Sequence record: OM319461.1
Strand: one strand, 5' to 3'
Length of the DNA stretch: 64,000 bases
Part shown: positions 32,401-44,361 of the stretch, in pieces
Layout: every line of letters begins with the position of its first letter
Numbering within the stretch: position 1 is the first letter of the stretch
Program-made: the position numbers and the translations under genes
The notes under the pieces: generated by a model
What the model was told of the DNA's origin: nothing
Seen by the model: only the letters and a program-made list of their open reading frames with translations
Database searches by the model: none

Positions 32401-35400
32401 ACCTTGCTTACATCCCAATGCGATAGATCTTGGTTAAAGTCAGCTTCGTCACCAAATAGCGATTCTAGTGATGTTACTGTACCCTCTGCATAAGCCGCAC
32501 AATCAAAGCCACGAATGGTATTACCCGAACCTTGTTCAGTAATGATGATTGCACCTACATACAGATCTGCCCTTTTACCCCAGAACTCAACTGGACCAGC
32601 AGTACGAGAAACAAACGAGTCACCTACCCCTGGAATCAAGAACGCAATGTCATGACCAGTATTGATAGATGCTACTTCTATTTTCGCATTTTCTTTTACT
32701 TCAAGATAACCCAAGCCATTTACATCTTGACGGTAAACCGCATTGCCACCAGTAATGACAGCATGGTTACCATTACCTGAAACGTCGGCGATTGCCTTAA
32801 CAACATCACCAGGCGCAGTAACCGGAATAGTACGAGATTCATCTTTAAATAGAGAACTCATATCCATCGGGTTAAGGTTGGCCAGTTTGTTATCTGCCGA
32901 TACACCACCAGGAGGACAAGTACTCCACTGTGGCTGTACGTTTGCTTGGTTAACAAAGCTAGCTGGCGCACCAGTATCAAATGCTTCTGGTTTCGATGTG
33001 ATGTTTGTTACACACCAACCGGATAGGTCTTGCTCAAATGCACCTGCATCATGGAACATATGATCCATTAGGTTTGCACTTGTTGTTTTCCAACAGTTAA
33101 TGCGTTGGTTAAAGGCAAGCGCTTCGTGGAACATCCATGAGAAGTTACCTACCTTAGAAACATCCCAGCGACCGATAGGTTGGTTGAAGTTATCTGTTTG
33201 CTCGAACATGTTCGTTACGTTAACAGCAGACGAAGTATCCCAAGAGCCAATAGCACCATTAAAGATGCGTGCACCAGAGAACATCGCAGTAAACAGTTCT
33301 ACCTTGCCAGTATCCCATGTAGAGATATTACCAACAAAGTTTTCTGCATTCTGGAACGTAGAAGCCATGTCAGTAACAGATGACGTATCCCAGTTAACTA
33401 GGTCTTGACTAAACGCTGTAGCTCCTTCGAACATACTGCGGATAGTTGTTACCCCAGTCATTGTCCAACTGTCAAGTGGTTTGTTGAATGCAATCGCACC
33501 ACGGAACATTCCGGATGTGTTAGTACAAGCCGCCAAGTCCCAAGTATCTAACGGTTGGTCAAATACACGAGCATTGCGGAAAGTATCTTGCATTGCAACA
33601 ACATTACTTACATCCCAGTTGTTTAGTGGCTGGTTGAAAGAATGTGCATCTTGGAAGGTTCCCACCAATACACGCAGTGCGGTAGTAGTCCACCCACCGA
33701 TGTTTTGGTTAAACGATACTGCACGATTAAATGCCATCGCCATACTGGTAACTTTTGAAACATCCCACGTTGAGATATCTTGGTTGAATGCAGCAGCGCC
33801 CATGAAGATTGCCTGCATGTTAGTTAATACAGTAGTCGTCCATGTTAATGGTGCTGAGTTTGCACCTGCCGTTTCACCGTTGTTAAATGCTACTGCTCCA
33901 GCGAACATACCTTCCATCGTCACAACAGAAGAAACAACCCAGCTAGAGATATTCGCATTAAACGAACTAGCACCAGCGAACATACCAGATGTTGTTACTG
34001 CTGAACTCATATCCCATGCACTAATATCTTCGTTGAAGTTTACTGCGTTTTGGAATGTGCCTTCAAAGTTAGTTACACCTGTTGTGTTCAAGCCCGCTAG
34101 GGTACCGATGTTGTCTTCACCAGCAAACAAGTTTTGGAATGTTGTATTTCGGTTAGTGTAAGTTGGACCACACGAACCCATTGCCGTTCTCAGTGCTGCT
34201 TCATCAGCAGTACTCGGAGCAATCGTAATCGCCGAAACAAGGAAGGCCTCATCGCGATCTTCGCCAAAGATTTCACCTGTGGCTGTGTCACGAACAATTG
34301 AAACAATACCGTTGTTTACTAGGTTGAATACAATTAATGCACCGTCATTCATTCCGCCATATTGGATCGATTGACCATCGGCGAACTCTAGGTAACCATT
34401 ACCGTTTGCATCTTCACGATAAGTTGGAGCACTTGAAGCTTCACCCCACACCACATCATTGCCGTTGCCTGAACTATCTTCCAATAGCATTACCTTTTGA
34501 CCAGAAGTAGTTACCGGAGTAGTACCTGCTGCATCTTGGTAGAACCATTGTTTTTCAAAGCCAAGGTAAGTAGCAATAGAACCAGCTGCTGCCAAACCAC
34601 GTGAACAATCAGAACGACATGGATCTGGTGCTAGGCCCCATTGTGGTGGATTAGCTACATTAACAGCACCGAACAGATTTGGCTCTGCTGGTATATGCTG
34701 TACATCCCAACCTGCAAGATATGCGGTCATTGCATCAGCACCGTTAAAGAGGTTCGTCATGTCGGTTACGTTACTCACGTCCCAACGACAAAGCATCTTG
34801 TTGAATGCAGTTGCGAATTCAAACATACCGCGCATCGCTGTAAATGCAGAAGTATTCCACTTCTCAAGTTCGTTCACGCCACCGTTATCATACGATGTTG
34901 CGTTACGGAACATGTTGGTTACATTAGCAACTTTTGCCATATTCCAGTTGGCTAGGTTTTGGTTAAATGCGGATGCACCGTGGAACATAGATTCCATTGT
35001 GGTCACATTGCCAACATTCCAATTGCCAATCGGTTGGTCAAACACAGAAACAGACGAGTTAGAGTAGAACATAAAGCTCATGTCTGTTACGTTGCCAGTA
35101 GACCAATCAGAAACGTTCTGGTTAAACGCACGAGCGTCTTGGAACATTCTGTGTAGCGATGTAACGTTTGCTACTGTAAAGTTACCTGATGCCTCTGTGA
35201 GAGGCTGTAAACCATTGTTAAACGCATAAGCACCACGGAATAGTGAGTCCATTAGTGTTACACGAGCAGTATTCCAAGTTGCAATGTTCTTGTTGAATGC
35301 ACGAGCATCCATGAACATACCAGTCATGTTAATCGCAGAAGCACCTGTATAGAACACCCAGTTGCTTACGATAGCATTGAAGTTCAATGCTGCTTGGAAC

Positions 35401-38400
35401 ATGTGAACAAAGTTAGTACATGCAGACCAATCCATGTTAGCCATAGATGAACTTGCATTGTTAAAGCGACTTGCATCTTTAAACGCACCTTCGGCAGTTG
35501 TTACCGCAGCAACATCCCATCCGGCGATATTTTGGTTAAAGTTACTTGCCCCTTCGAACATATAACTGATGTCAGTTACTTTGCTCATATCCCAAGGTAA
35601 TGGCTGGTTAAATGCCGTTGCGTTTTTGAACATCCATTTTGTTGTCGTTAGTGCTGAGGTTACCCAGCTTGACATTGGTTGGCCGTACGCAGTTGCTCCT
35701 TGGAACATCCCCATTGCGTTTGTTAGTGCCTGTACATTCCACGCATCAATCGACTTGTTAAATGCACCCGCATCTTTAAATGCATAGGTAGCGTTTGTTA
35801 GTTTGCCTGTGTTCCATGCTGATAGATCCAGATTCATAGAAGCACAGCCGTTGAACATTGACTGGATCGAAGTAACTTCACGCATGTCCCATGTTTGCAC
35901 ATCGACATTATTAAAGTTCAAGTTACCAGAGAAAAAGTCGTTCATCGTTGCCTGAGTATTAGCCGCATAAACTTTAGCACGTTGTGACATCGTGTTATTA
36001 GCAGACGTCTTAGATGCTGAGTCTAGTGTTGTGGCAATACCTGCCATATCGGTTAGTTTGTGCACACCGACTGCGTTTGGAGTAAAGTAACGCTTAATAC
36101 CTTTACCGCCATAAAAGTCGATGTTGGTTGTTGTCATCTTACCACGGCCAACTACACCGATGATGTGATCCGCACGGCCATTGTAATCCACTACCATGTC
36201 GTGGTTAGGGCCGAACTCAAGATAACCAATGCCATTATCGTCTTCACGGTAGATCGGACGCTTAGCGTTATCTGGTTGTTGTAGATGACGTAGGTTACCA
36301 GTTAAGTCCATTATGAACGCAACAGGGTCACCCGGGTTTGCCACTGGGATTGTACGACCGATATCTTGCCACATGCAGTCTTTATCAGAACCACTATGGA
36401 AGAACTCAGAACGCTCAGTTAGACAGAAGCCACCCCAATAAGGTTGTTTTGCTGCATCGCCAGCCATACCTGCACCAGCATCAAAGTCAATTGGCTTAAC
36501 TGAGATTTGCTGTACACACCATCGAGAGATATCTTGGTCGAATGCAGTTGCACCATCAAACATATAGTCCATGGTCAAAACAGCACTTACGCGCCAATCG
36601 CCAAGGTCAGAGTTAAATAGTGGAGCCGAACGGAACATGTTTGTCATGTTCGTTACTTTGCGAACATCCCATGATGACAAGTCGCTGTTGAATAGCAATG
36701 CACCATAGAACAAGTCAGCCATAGAAACAACACTGCTTGTATCCCAACCACTCAAGTCAGAAACAAACTTAGCCGCACTCGTAAACGTACCCATCATAGA
36801 AACAGGAACATCTGTACGGATTGTCCATCCAGACAAATCAGACTCGAAGTTACTACAGTCTTTGAAAGCACGGTTAAAGCTACGTACCTTTGACGTTACC
36901 CAGCCACGCAAGTCAGACGTAAATGAGCTAGCACCATGGAAAGCATCATCCAAGAATTGTACATTGTCAGTTTTCCAACCAGACAAATCTTGATTGAATG
37001 CAACGGCACCCATAAACGTTTCTGTTAAGTCACCGACAATTGTCGTATCCCATCCAGAAATATCCTCATTGAATCGAACTGCACCTTTAAACAAACCACG
37101 CAAAGAAGCAATTGAGTTCAGACGGAAGTTAGACATACCGCCAGTTGCGTATTCTTCGTTTGCTAGCAAGTAAGAAATACTGCTTTGTAGTTCGGTCGTA
37201 TATGCGTCTGCACGTAACTGCATTGCATCACGGATAGAGCTTAGTTCTTGTGCTGTAAGTGCTGTGTCGGTTGCCACTGCCTCACCGGCCCAAATCCAAA
37301 CCTTTTCAGAACCACCTGCTGCCTTGATACCAAGTTTAGCTGGTCCATTTGGTTGGCCTTCCCATTGAGGAACACCGCGTCCAGCGATTGCCACCCAGTT
37401 ACGAGAACTGTCAGTAATCGAAGGCACAACAAAATGCTCATCGTTCGTGAAGACTAAGTAGCCGCGGCCGTTTACATCTTCTTGGTAAAGAGGACGTTTT
37501 GTTACATCTGCCTGAATACCATTGTTACCCTTACCAGAGATATCCCCGATAAATGCAACGCGCTCACCAGGAGCAGGTACACCAGAGCCATCTACGTTAA
37601 TGCCTAGTAGCTGTTTGATAGATGGATCATAATAACCATCCAACAATTCGCCCACACAAGGCTGGCCGAACAGAGGAACTTCTGTAGCATCCAGTTGACT
37701 GCTAACACCAAAGTCTACTGCTTCATCCGGAGTCACGTTCTTAACACACCACGTAATCAGGTTGTGATTAAACATGTATGCATTGTTGAACATGCGCATC
37801 ATACTTGTAACGTTTACTGTATCCCATAGAGAGATATCGTAGTTAAAGATAGATGCTTCACGGAACATTTCGTCCATGAGGATTTCAGAAGCATTAAACT
37901 GCCACGTAGCGATGTTATGGTTAAACGAGTCAGCTCCATAGAACATACCACGGAAGTCAGTAACGGCTTCTACATTCCAATTATCCAGGTCTTGTGCAAA
38001 GTCCTCGGCATCACGGAACATAAAGCGCATCGTTTTCGCAGACGACGTATCGAAGTGATTCAAAGGCTGGTTAAACACAGGCGTTGACATGAACATGCCT
38101 TCGAAGTTTTCTACGTTCGTAGTAACCCAGCTTGTTAGCAGTTGGTTAAATACTTCTGTGTTTTGGAACATACGTGCCATGTTACTGGCACTACTTGTAT
38201 CCCACCCCAATAGTGGTTGGTTAAAGCGAACCGCACTGCGGAAAGCTTCTTTAAATAACGTTACGTTACTTACATCCCAATTACCAATCGGTTGGTTAAA
38301 CTGACGGGCATTGAAGAACATACCTTCCATTTTCAGAAGTGAGGACGTATCCCAAGCAGTAATGTCACCGTTGAAGTCTGTTGCGTTTTGGAACATATAA

Positions 38401-41400
38401 GAAGCATCAAGCAATGCACTCATGTCCCAAGGCAGAGGCTGATTGAAATCAACAGCATCTTTAAACATACCGACCGCAGAGCGCAACGAAGAAGTATCCC
38501 ATGACGCCATTGGACGATTGTAGATTTCACAACCCGAGAACAGAAAGTCTGCATGTACAACACCAGACATGTTCCAGCTATCAATATCCCAGTCAAACTC
38601 CGTACGGTCTTCTAGAGCACAGCTAATATCACTTACTGCGCCAGGGGCGTAAAGTTTTGCCCAGCGACCTGCGGCTTTTGAAAGAACCAGAATATCAGTA
38701 GCAATCGGAGCACCGAAGTAAACAATCAACTGACCCATCTTGCGGGTAGCGCCTGCTTTTTCACGTGCTTTGAAATCAATCTTGAACGTAGTAGATGGAA
38801 CCGTAATGTAGTCACCCCAACCACCAACAGATGGAATGTTGTTAACCCATACACCAGTGCCAGAAACACCACTAACTACCAACTCGGTACTATCAGGGAA
38901 TTCAAGGTAACCTAAACCATCGGCGTCTTGACGATAAATCGGACGTTTTGCAACATCAGGTTGAATCGCATCCAAGCCTAGTTTACCGATGTCTTCTAAA
39001 ACAGCTACGCGATCACCAGGAACCGGGTTTGTTGTCTTAGCTTCGTCAGTAAATACTTTTGTGACGTCACCGGCATCATACCACAAGTCAGCCAAGTCAG
39101 CCAAACAGCGAGCACCCCAGATAGGCATGAAGTCAGACTGTAGCGGAGAACCAAACGAGAACATCGTTGGACCAGTTACCGGAATCTGCTTAACACACCA
39201 TGGAGTCAAGTCTTGGTTAAACACTGTCGCATTAAAGAACATGCGATCAAAGTCAGTAACCGTTGTTGTATTCCAGTTAGCCAAGTCTTGGTTGAAGACA
39301 AGGGCTGATTGGAACATCATTTTAAATGTCTTAGCCGATTCAGTACGCCATAGATTAAGTGGCTGGTTGAATGCTGCCGCACCAGAGAACGTACGATAGA
39401 AAGTTTCTACAAAACGCACATCCCAAGATTGAATCGGTTGGTTAAAGGCAATTGCCCCATCGAACACGCCGGCCATGTTGGTAACTGTAGTAGTAACCCA
39501 GTTATCCAATGATTGGTTGAATGCTACACTACCAAAGAACATTTCTTCGATTGTTAAAGCAGCTGACAAATCAAAATGATTCAGAGCACTATTGAATACA
39601 ACGGCACGTGCAAAGGCACGCTTAAAGTTTTCGACGCCAGAAGTATCCCACGTTGTCAAATCAGAGTTAAATTGATTCGAGTCTTCAAAGATCGATTCAA
39701 TGCTTTTAACTGTCGGACCAATCAAGTCAGCAACTGAGCTATTAAACAACGATGCTGCTTTAAATGTCGCCACTGCACTTTCAAGTACAGGAGCTGGACC
39801 AACCAACGGACGATTGAACGTTGCCGCACCGTGGAACATGCCATCGATCGTAATTGTCGATGAAAGATCAAAAGGTACTTGGCTATTGAACGCACGAGCG
39901 TCTTTGAACATATGTGCAAACGTAGTTACTTTTGCAGTATCCCATGGAAGATCGTAATTGAAAACCGAAGCGCCTTCAAATACACTTTCCATGCTAGTTA
40001 CATTAGACGTGTCCCATCCACCGATGTTTTGGTTGAATGCCTTAGCGCCAGCAAAAGCAAAGTCCATCTTTTCAAGCGACGTTGTTACCCAGCCAGAGAT
40101 ATCTTGGTTGAAAACTAACGTGTCTTTGAATAGGCCGACAATACTCTTGACCATGTCCATTTTCCAGCCAGAGATATCTTCATTGAAAGTATTCAAACCT
40201 TCTAGATAGTAATCCAGGCTAGTTACAGTACCTTGGTCGTAAAGAGTATAAGACTCTCCAACATACTCACTTGCCACGAGTTTCATCTCTGGCGTACAAG
40301 TATCTGCAAGAGCTACGAATTGACCGACGTAACGTTTTTGTTCTCCGGCTACACGAGGACCGATTGTTGTATCCGTATCGGTTACATGCAATACACCGAT
40401 ACCAGGGATAGTTTCCCACGTATGGTAATTATCACCGCCGTCTTGGTAAGACATGAACTCATCGTTATTGAATTCCAAATAGCCATTACCGTTAACGTCT
40501 TCGCGATAAGTCGGAGCAGTAGCCAATGCCGCCGTAGCGTGATTGCCTTTTGTTGTCAAGTCCAGCATCAAGCGAACTTTGTCGCCAGGCGTGGTAACCG
40601 GTACTTTACCTTCGGTATCTTGGAACAATGTACCAATCAAGTTAGCATTGTAAAAAGAATGTGCAAAGTACTTAAGACATGGCATTGCCCACTGAGGTTG
40701 CAACGCATCCACATCCTGCCAGCCAGCCTGTGTGTTATCATCAAAGCCATTTGGCTCATCAAGAATTAAACGCACACACCAAGCAGAAAGGTCGTATGAG
40801 AACGAACTAGCGCCTGAGAACATCTCAACCATATTTGTAGCTAAGTCAGTTTGCCACAGTGAGATATCTTGATTGAAAGCAGCTGCACCACGGAATGCTG
40901 CATTGAAGTTTGTTACCTTGCTTACATCCCAAGTAGTAACATTACCATCAAACACAATCGCGCCATCAAAGATACCGGCCATGCTTGTTACATTGCCAGT
41001 TTCAAAATGATCGAGGTCTTGATTGAACTTAACTGCACCCGCTGCGAAGTAACTCATGTCAGTTACATCATGAGTACGCCATCCAGTTAGCGGCTGGTTA
41101 AACTCAAGAGCACCACGGAACATAGCAGTCAGTTTTGTTGCACGTGATAAACGGAAGCTAGTTACAGGTTGGTTGAATACAGCCGCCCCGTCAAACATAT
41201 AACTAACGTCAGCCGTCAGACCTAAATCCCATCCAGAAAGCGAGCCATTGAATGCTACTGCACCCTGGAACATCTGAGACACGTCTGAAACACCGAACAT
41301 TTCCCAGTTAAAGAGATGCTGGTTAAATGCAACCGCATTGCGGAACATAGCTTTCGCTACTTTTAAGTTTGCGAAGTCCCAGTTGTTTAGCGGTTGGTTG

Positions 41401-41600
41401 AATGCACTAGCACCGTCAAACATACTTGTTGTATGCGTAACAGTCTGCATGTCCCATGACTGAATCGGCTTGTTGAACAATGTCGCACCGGCAAACATAG
41501 ATGACAAGTTTGTTTTACCAAAGAGCTGCCAATGAGCAAGGTCTTGATTAAACTCTGTGTCATTTAGGAATATGTATGCCAAAGAAGCAATCGTGTCAGA
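23401..41600 (-). repeat. DUF285 / PARCEL-type 25-27 aa repeats in 11 blocks
   Basis: Recurring MF..A..FNQ.L..WDVS.VT.M units; roughly 150 by length estimate, not counted. Confidence 0.9.
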
Positions 41601-42599
41601 TGGATAGCTATTGATAGCAAGTTCGTTGACTTCATCAAAGATCCCATTGAGTTCGTCGTCAAGTATATCTTGAGTCAAGAACAATACTTCGTTTAAGTTC
41701 CATGTTTTGTTTTCGCTTGGGAAGCGTGGGCCGATGCGATGCTCAGTAATGTCTTTGTCTTGGTTGAAGTAAGCCAAAGCACCAGTACCAGGAACACCCA
41801 GAATCTCATGTACTGCGGCTTTGTTTTCCGGAGTCTTTAAGATAAGGTGTTGGTCACCTGAGAAACGAATATAGCCGCTACCAGTTGCATCTTCAAGATA
41901 CGTCGGTTTTAGGTCGGCATCGTCCTGACGCAATACTGCATCACCGACAATGGACTTAACAAGACCTACTCGGTCACCGGCCTTACATGGCACACTGCCT
42001 TCACCATCAACAAAACAAACAAGGTCTTGATTGAATTGGAAGCGATAGCCACTATAGCCCTTTTCAAAATAAGCATCCACTTCACCCATGTTTTCAAACG
42101 GGTCGAATGCTTCTGGTACACCGCCCAAAAGAACGAACGCACCTTCTTCGATAGTTTCAAAGCGCTCTTCGCCTAAAACGTCCAGGTAGACAGTAGCAGA
42201 GTCAATATGACGCCCACTTGTAACTGCGGTCCACTGGACTGGATCAAATACACCAGCCTCTACCGGACGATTAGTGCCGAGTAGATTACCCAGCGCATCT
42301 AAAACGAAACTGTCTTCTTCGTAGTCACGCATAGGTTCATGACGTGCAACAAAGCCAGTTTGTAAAACTATCTCTTCCCATGCTTCTGGATTAAATTCTC
42401 CAGCCAGGATAAGTTTCTTTGAACGATAAACTCGATCATCATGAAAAACATAGCTTCCTTTTTGGAAGTTGTATGTAGGCAGGAAGTTAGGTATCGTGGC
42501 AGGTACGTCTTGCGCATTACGGTCTGCCCAGATAATCCAGTTTGTTGAATCCTGACTTCCTTGATGATGGAACAATCGAATAATGGTTGGTAAAGCCAT
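23401..42599 (-). CDS. giant (about 6,400 aa) modular DUF285/BspA-like repeat protein, putative virion fibre or adhesin
   Basis: 6137-aa ORF 24186-42599 with a GGAG site. Repeats continue in ORF 23438-24211 after a one-base shift (GTT-G-ATA-AGT-ATG) and then in the frame of 23401-23616, ending with the same cap motif (NQ.IS.WC...PQWGV.C-stop). Confidence 0.85.
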
Positions 42600-42611
42600 T
42601 AGTATTCTCCG

Positions 42612-44258
42612 TTAATATGTAATATGGACAATAGTGCCCGAGGACCAAAGATTTTTTCCATACGTTAGATTGAACGACGGGAAGAAGTACATCGTCTTGA
42701 TAACTTGTCTTGGGCTAATTTTTTCCCAGTTACCTTCCGAGTACGGACCAAGGCTACTTGCCTTTTTATGTCGAACAATTTCTTCGGATGGATCGAGGAC
42801 GAACATGTCCGGACTATATTGCATGTTTGCATTATGTTTCGGCACCAAGGCCGTTCCGGTTTGTAGTTCCTCCCAGTCTCGAAGGTCCCAAATTGAACCA
42901 CCGACTATCTCTGATAGCACAGTAGTAAACTTTTTCGTAAGTGTGTCCCACCCAAGGATACTAGGAGTACCTGTAACGCCCGCTGTGAGGTAATTACAGA
43001 CAACCGAATAGATTACACCATCGGATTCAAAGACACTCCACTGAGACGGACCTTGCGTCACAATGCCTTTGAATGGAACAAACGTTTCTGAAATTGCATC
43101 CCAAAAGAAGGTAACCGATAACGAGTCCGTATTGTTTTCACTTGTGCGGAAAACCGGAACGTTCATATAAAGGACATCGCCTTCTTCAAAGAAAGAAAGA
43201 TTGAGTACGGTACCACGTATGTTCGTGTCCGTACCTTTGTGGTCAAACTGGTCAGTTAAATCACGAACCGGAGACAAAGCTCCATTGTCGAACTTAACCA
43301 GTTTTAACCAATTGCTTTTTGTAGCCAGTATCCCATAGTAGCGACTATCAATCTCACGATAAGCAAAATGAGTTACTTGGTCATCGACAACATAGTCATC
43401 GACAAATCGCAGTGTTTTTGTTACATTGTCAAACAAGAGCGTTGACATCGTTGTCTTTCTACGATACTCATCATAACGAGCAAACGTAAGATAGATATTA
43501 CCTGCAATTACCTGTGTGGTCACATGCATTACTCGTTCAGTATCTTCGATCGTATATGTCGATACTGACTGTACTGTTTTTGACAACGGGTTAAACTGTG
43601 CAATGCTGATTTCTTGTTGTCCGTGCATCCCACTTACCAGGAAGTGTCGAGTACCCAGAGAAAAATAATAAAGAAAGTCGCAGGCTGCAAACTCAACGTA
43701 TGGTTCTAACACACCAGCATCAGTCAACTCATAGATTTCCGTTTTCGCTGTTTGTAACTTACCGGGAGCTCCGGTAATGAATACGCGTTCTCGGTCATGG
43801 ATTGCCACGATGTCTTCTAGTGCATGCGTCAGAGTATGAGTCAGTGTCAAACTACCCGTGGTATTGTCCCAGGCATAAACATAAAGATTACCCCCACCAA
43901 CAGAGGTAGGTGGTACTTCTTGATATTCTACTCGACGTGACAGTATGTTGTTTGAACTTAAAAGGAACTGTTTTCCTTTTACAGTAATAACTTGTGCATC
44001 GTTGATGAACCCTGGATTAGGATATGCGATGGTCGTTAGTTCTGGACGTGCGTAACCCTGCTTGGGTGTATTTTTACAAAACAGTAAAGTTGCTGCATTC
44101 AGAGAGATAACGTCATCGGGCTTATAGCTTTTGGTTGGATCAAAAGGACCGATTTCTTTCGGTCTAGGTAACAATGACCCTTCTGTCCATACTACATAAG
44201 GCAATGGCTTTAAGCCCTTGTCTTCTTTGTGTAATCGGACCGTATACTTACAGAACAT
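42612..44258 (-). CDS. beta-propeller protein (EAR/EPTP-like) with CBM-like terminal modules
   Basis: Likely start MFCKYTV at 44258 after GAGGA (548 aa). Blade-like motifs QGPSQWSVFESDGVIYSVVCNY...SILGWD...KF and CDFLYYFSLGTRHFLVSG. Confidence 0.6.
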   Translation of the reverse strand: MFCKYTVRLHKEDKGLKPLPYVVWTEGSLLPRPKEIGPFDPTKSYKPDDVISLNAATLLFCKNTPKQGYARPELTTIAYPNPGFINDAQVITVKGKQFLLSSNNILSRRVEYQEVPPTSVGGGNLYVYAWDNTTGSLTLTHTLTHALEDIVAIHDRERVFITGAPGKLQTAKTEIYELTDAGVLEPYVEFAACDFLYYFSLGTRHFLVSGMHGQQEISIAQFNPLSKTVQSVSTYTIEDTERVMHVTTQVIAGNIYLTFARYDEYRRKTTMSTLLFDNVTKTLRFVDDYVVDDQVTHFAYREIDSRYYGILATKSNWLKLVKFDNGALSPVRDLTDQFDHKGTDTNIRGTVLNLSFFEEGDVLYMNVPVFRTSENNTDSLSVTFFWDAISETFVPFKGIVTQGPSQWSVFESDGVIYSVVCNYLTAGVTGTPSILGWDTLTKKFTTVLSEIVGGSIWDLRDWEELQTGTALVPKHNANMQYSPDMFVLDPSEEIVRHKKASSLGPYSEGNWEKISPRQVIKTMYFFPSFNLTYGKNLWSSGTIVHITY

Positions 44259-44328
44259 GGTTTTGTTCCTCGTCTTAAAAATGGCCTGTCTAATAAATTT
44301 GCCAAAAGCATAAATAAAGAAATNCCCC

Positions 44329-44344
44329 CTGGCCNGATGGCCAG
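44329..44344 (-). terminator. probable intrinsic terminator
   Basis: ctggcc-ngat-ggccag with A-rich sequence on its left, after the helicase stop. Confidence 0.55.
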
Positions 44345-44361
44345 AGGAGNATTNCAGAGGT

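Noticed and set aside
25500-41100. Numerous plus-strand ORFs (for example 29755-30420, 33481-34161, 40233-40769)
   Set aside because: They are antisense shadows of the giant repeat gene; they have no ribosome-binding sites or recognisable domains.
23401-42599. CRISPR array or DNA tandem repeat
   Set aside because: The periodicity is at the protein level with degenerate codons; there are no identical repeats with unique spacers.
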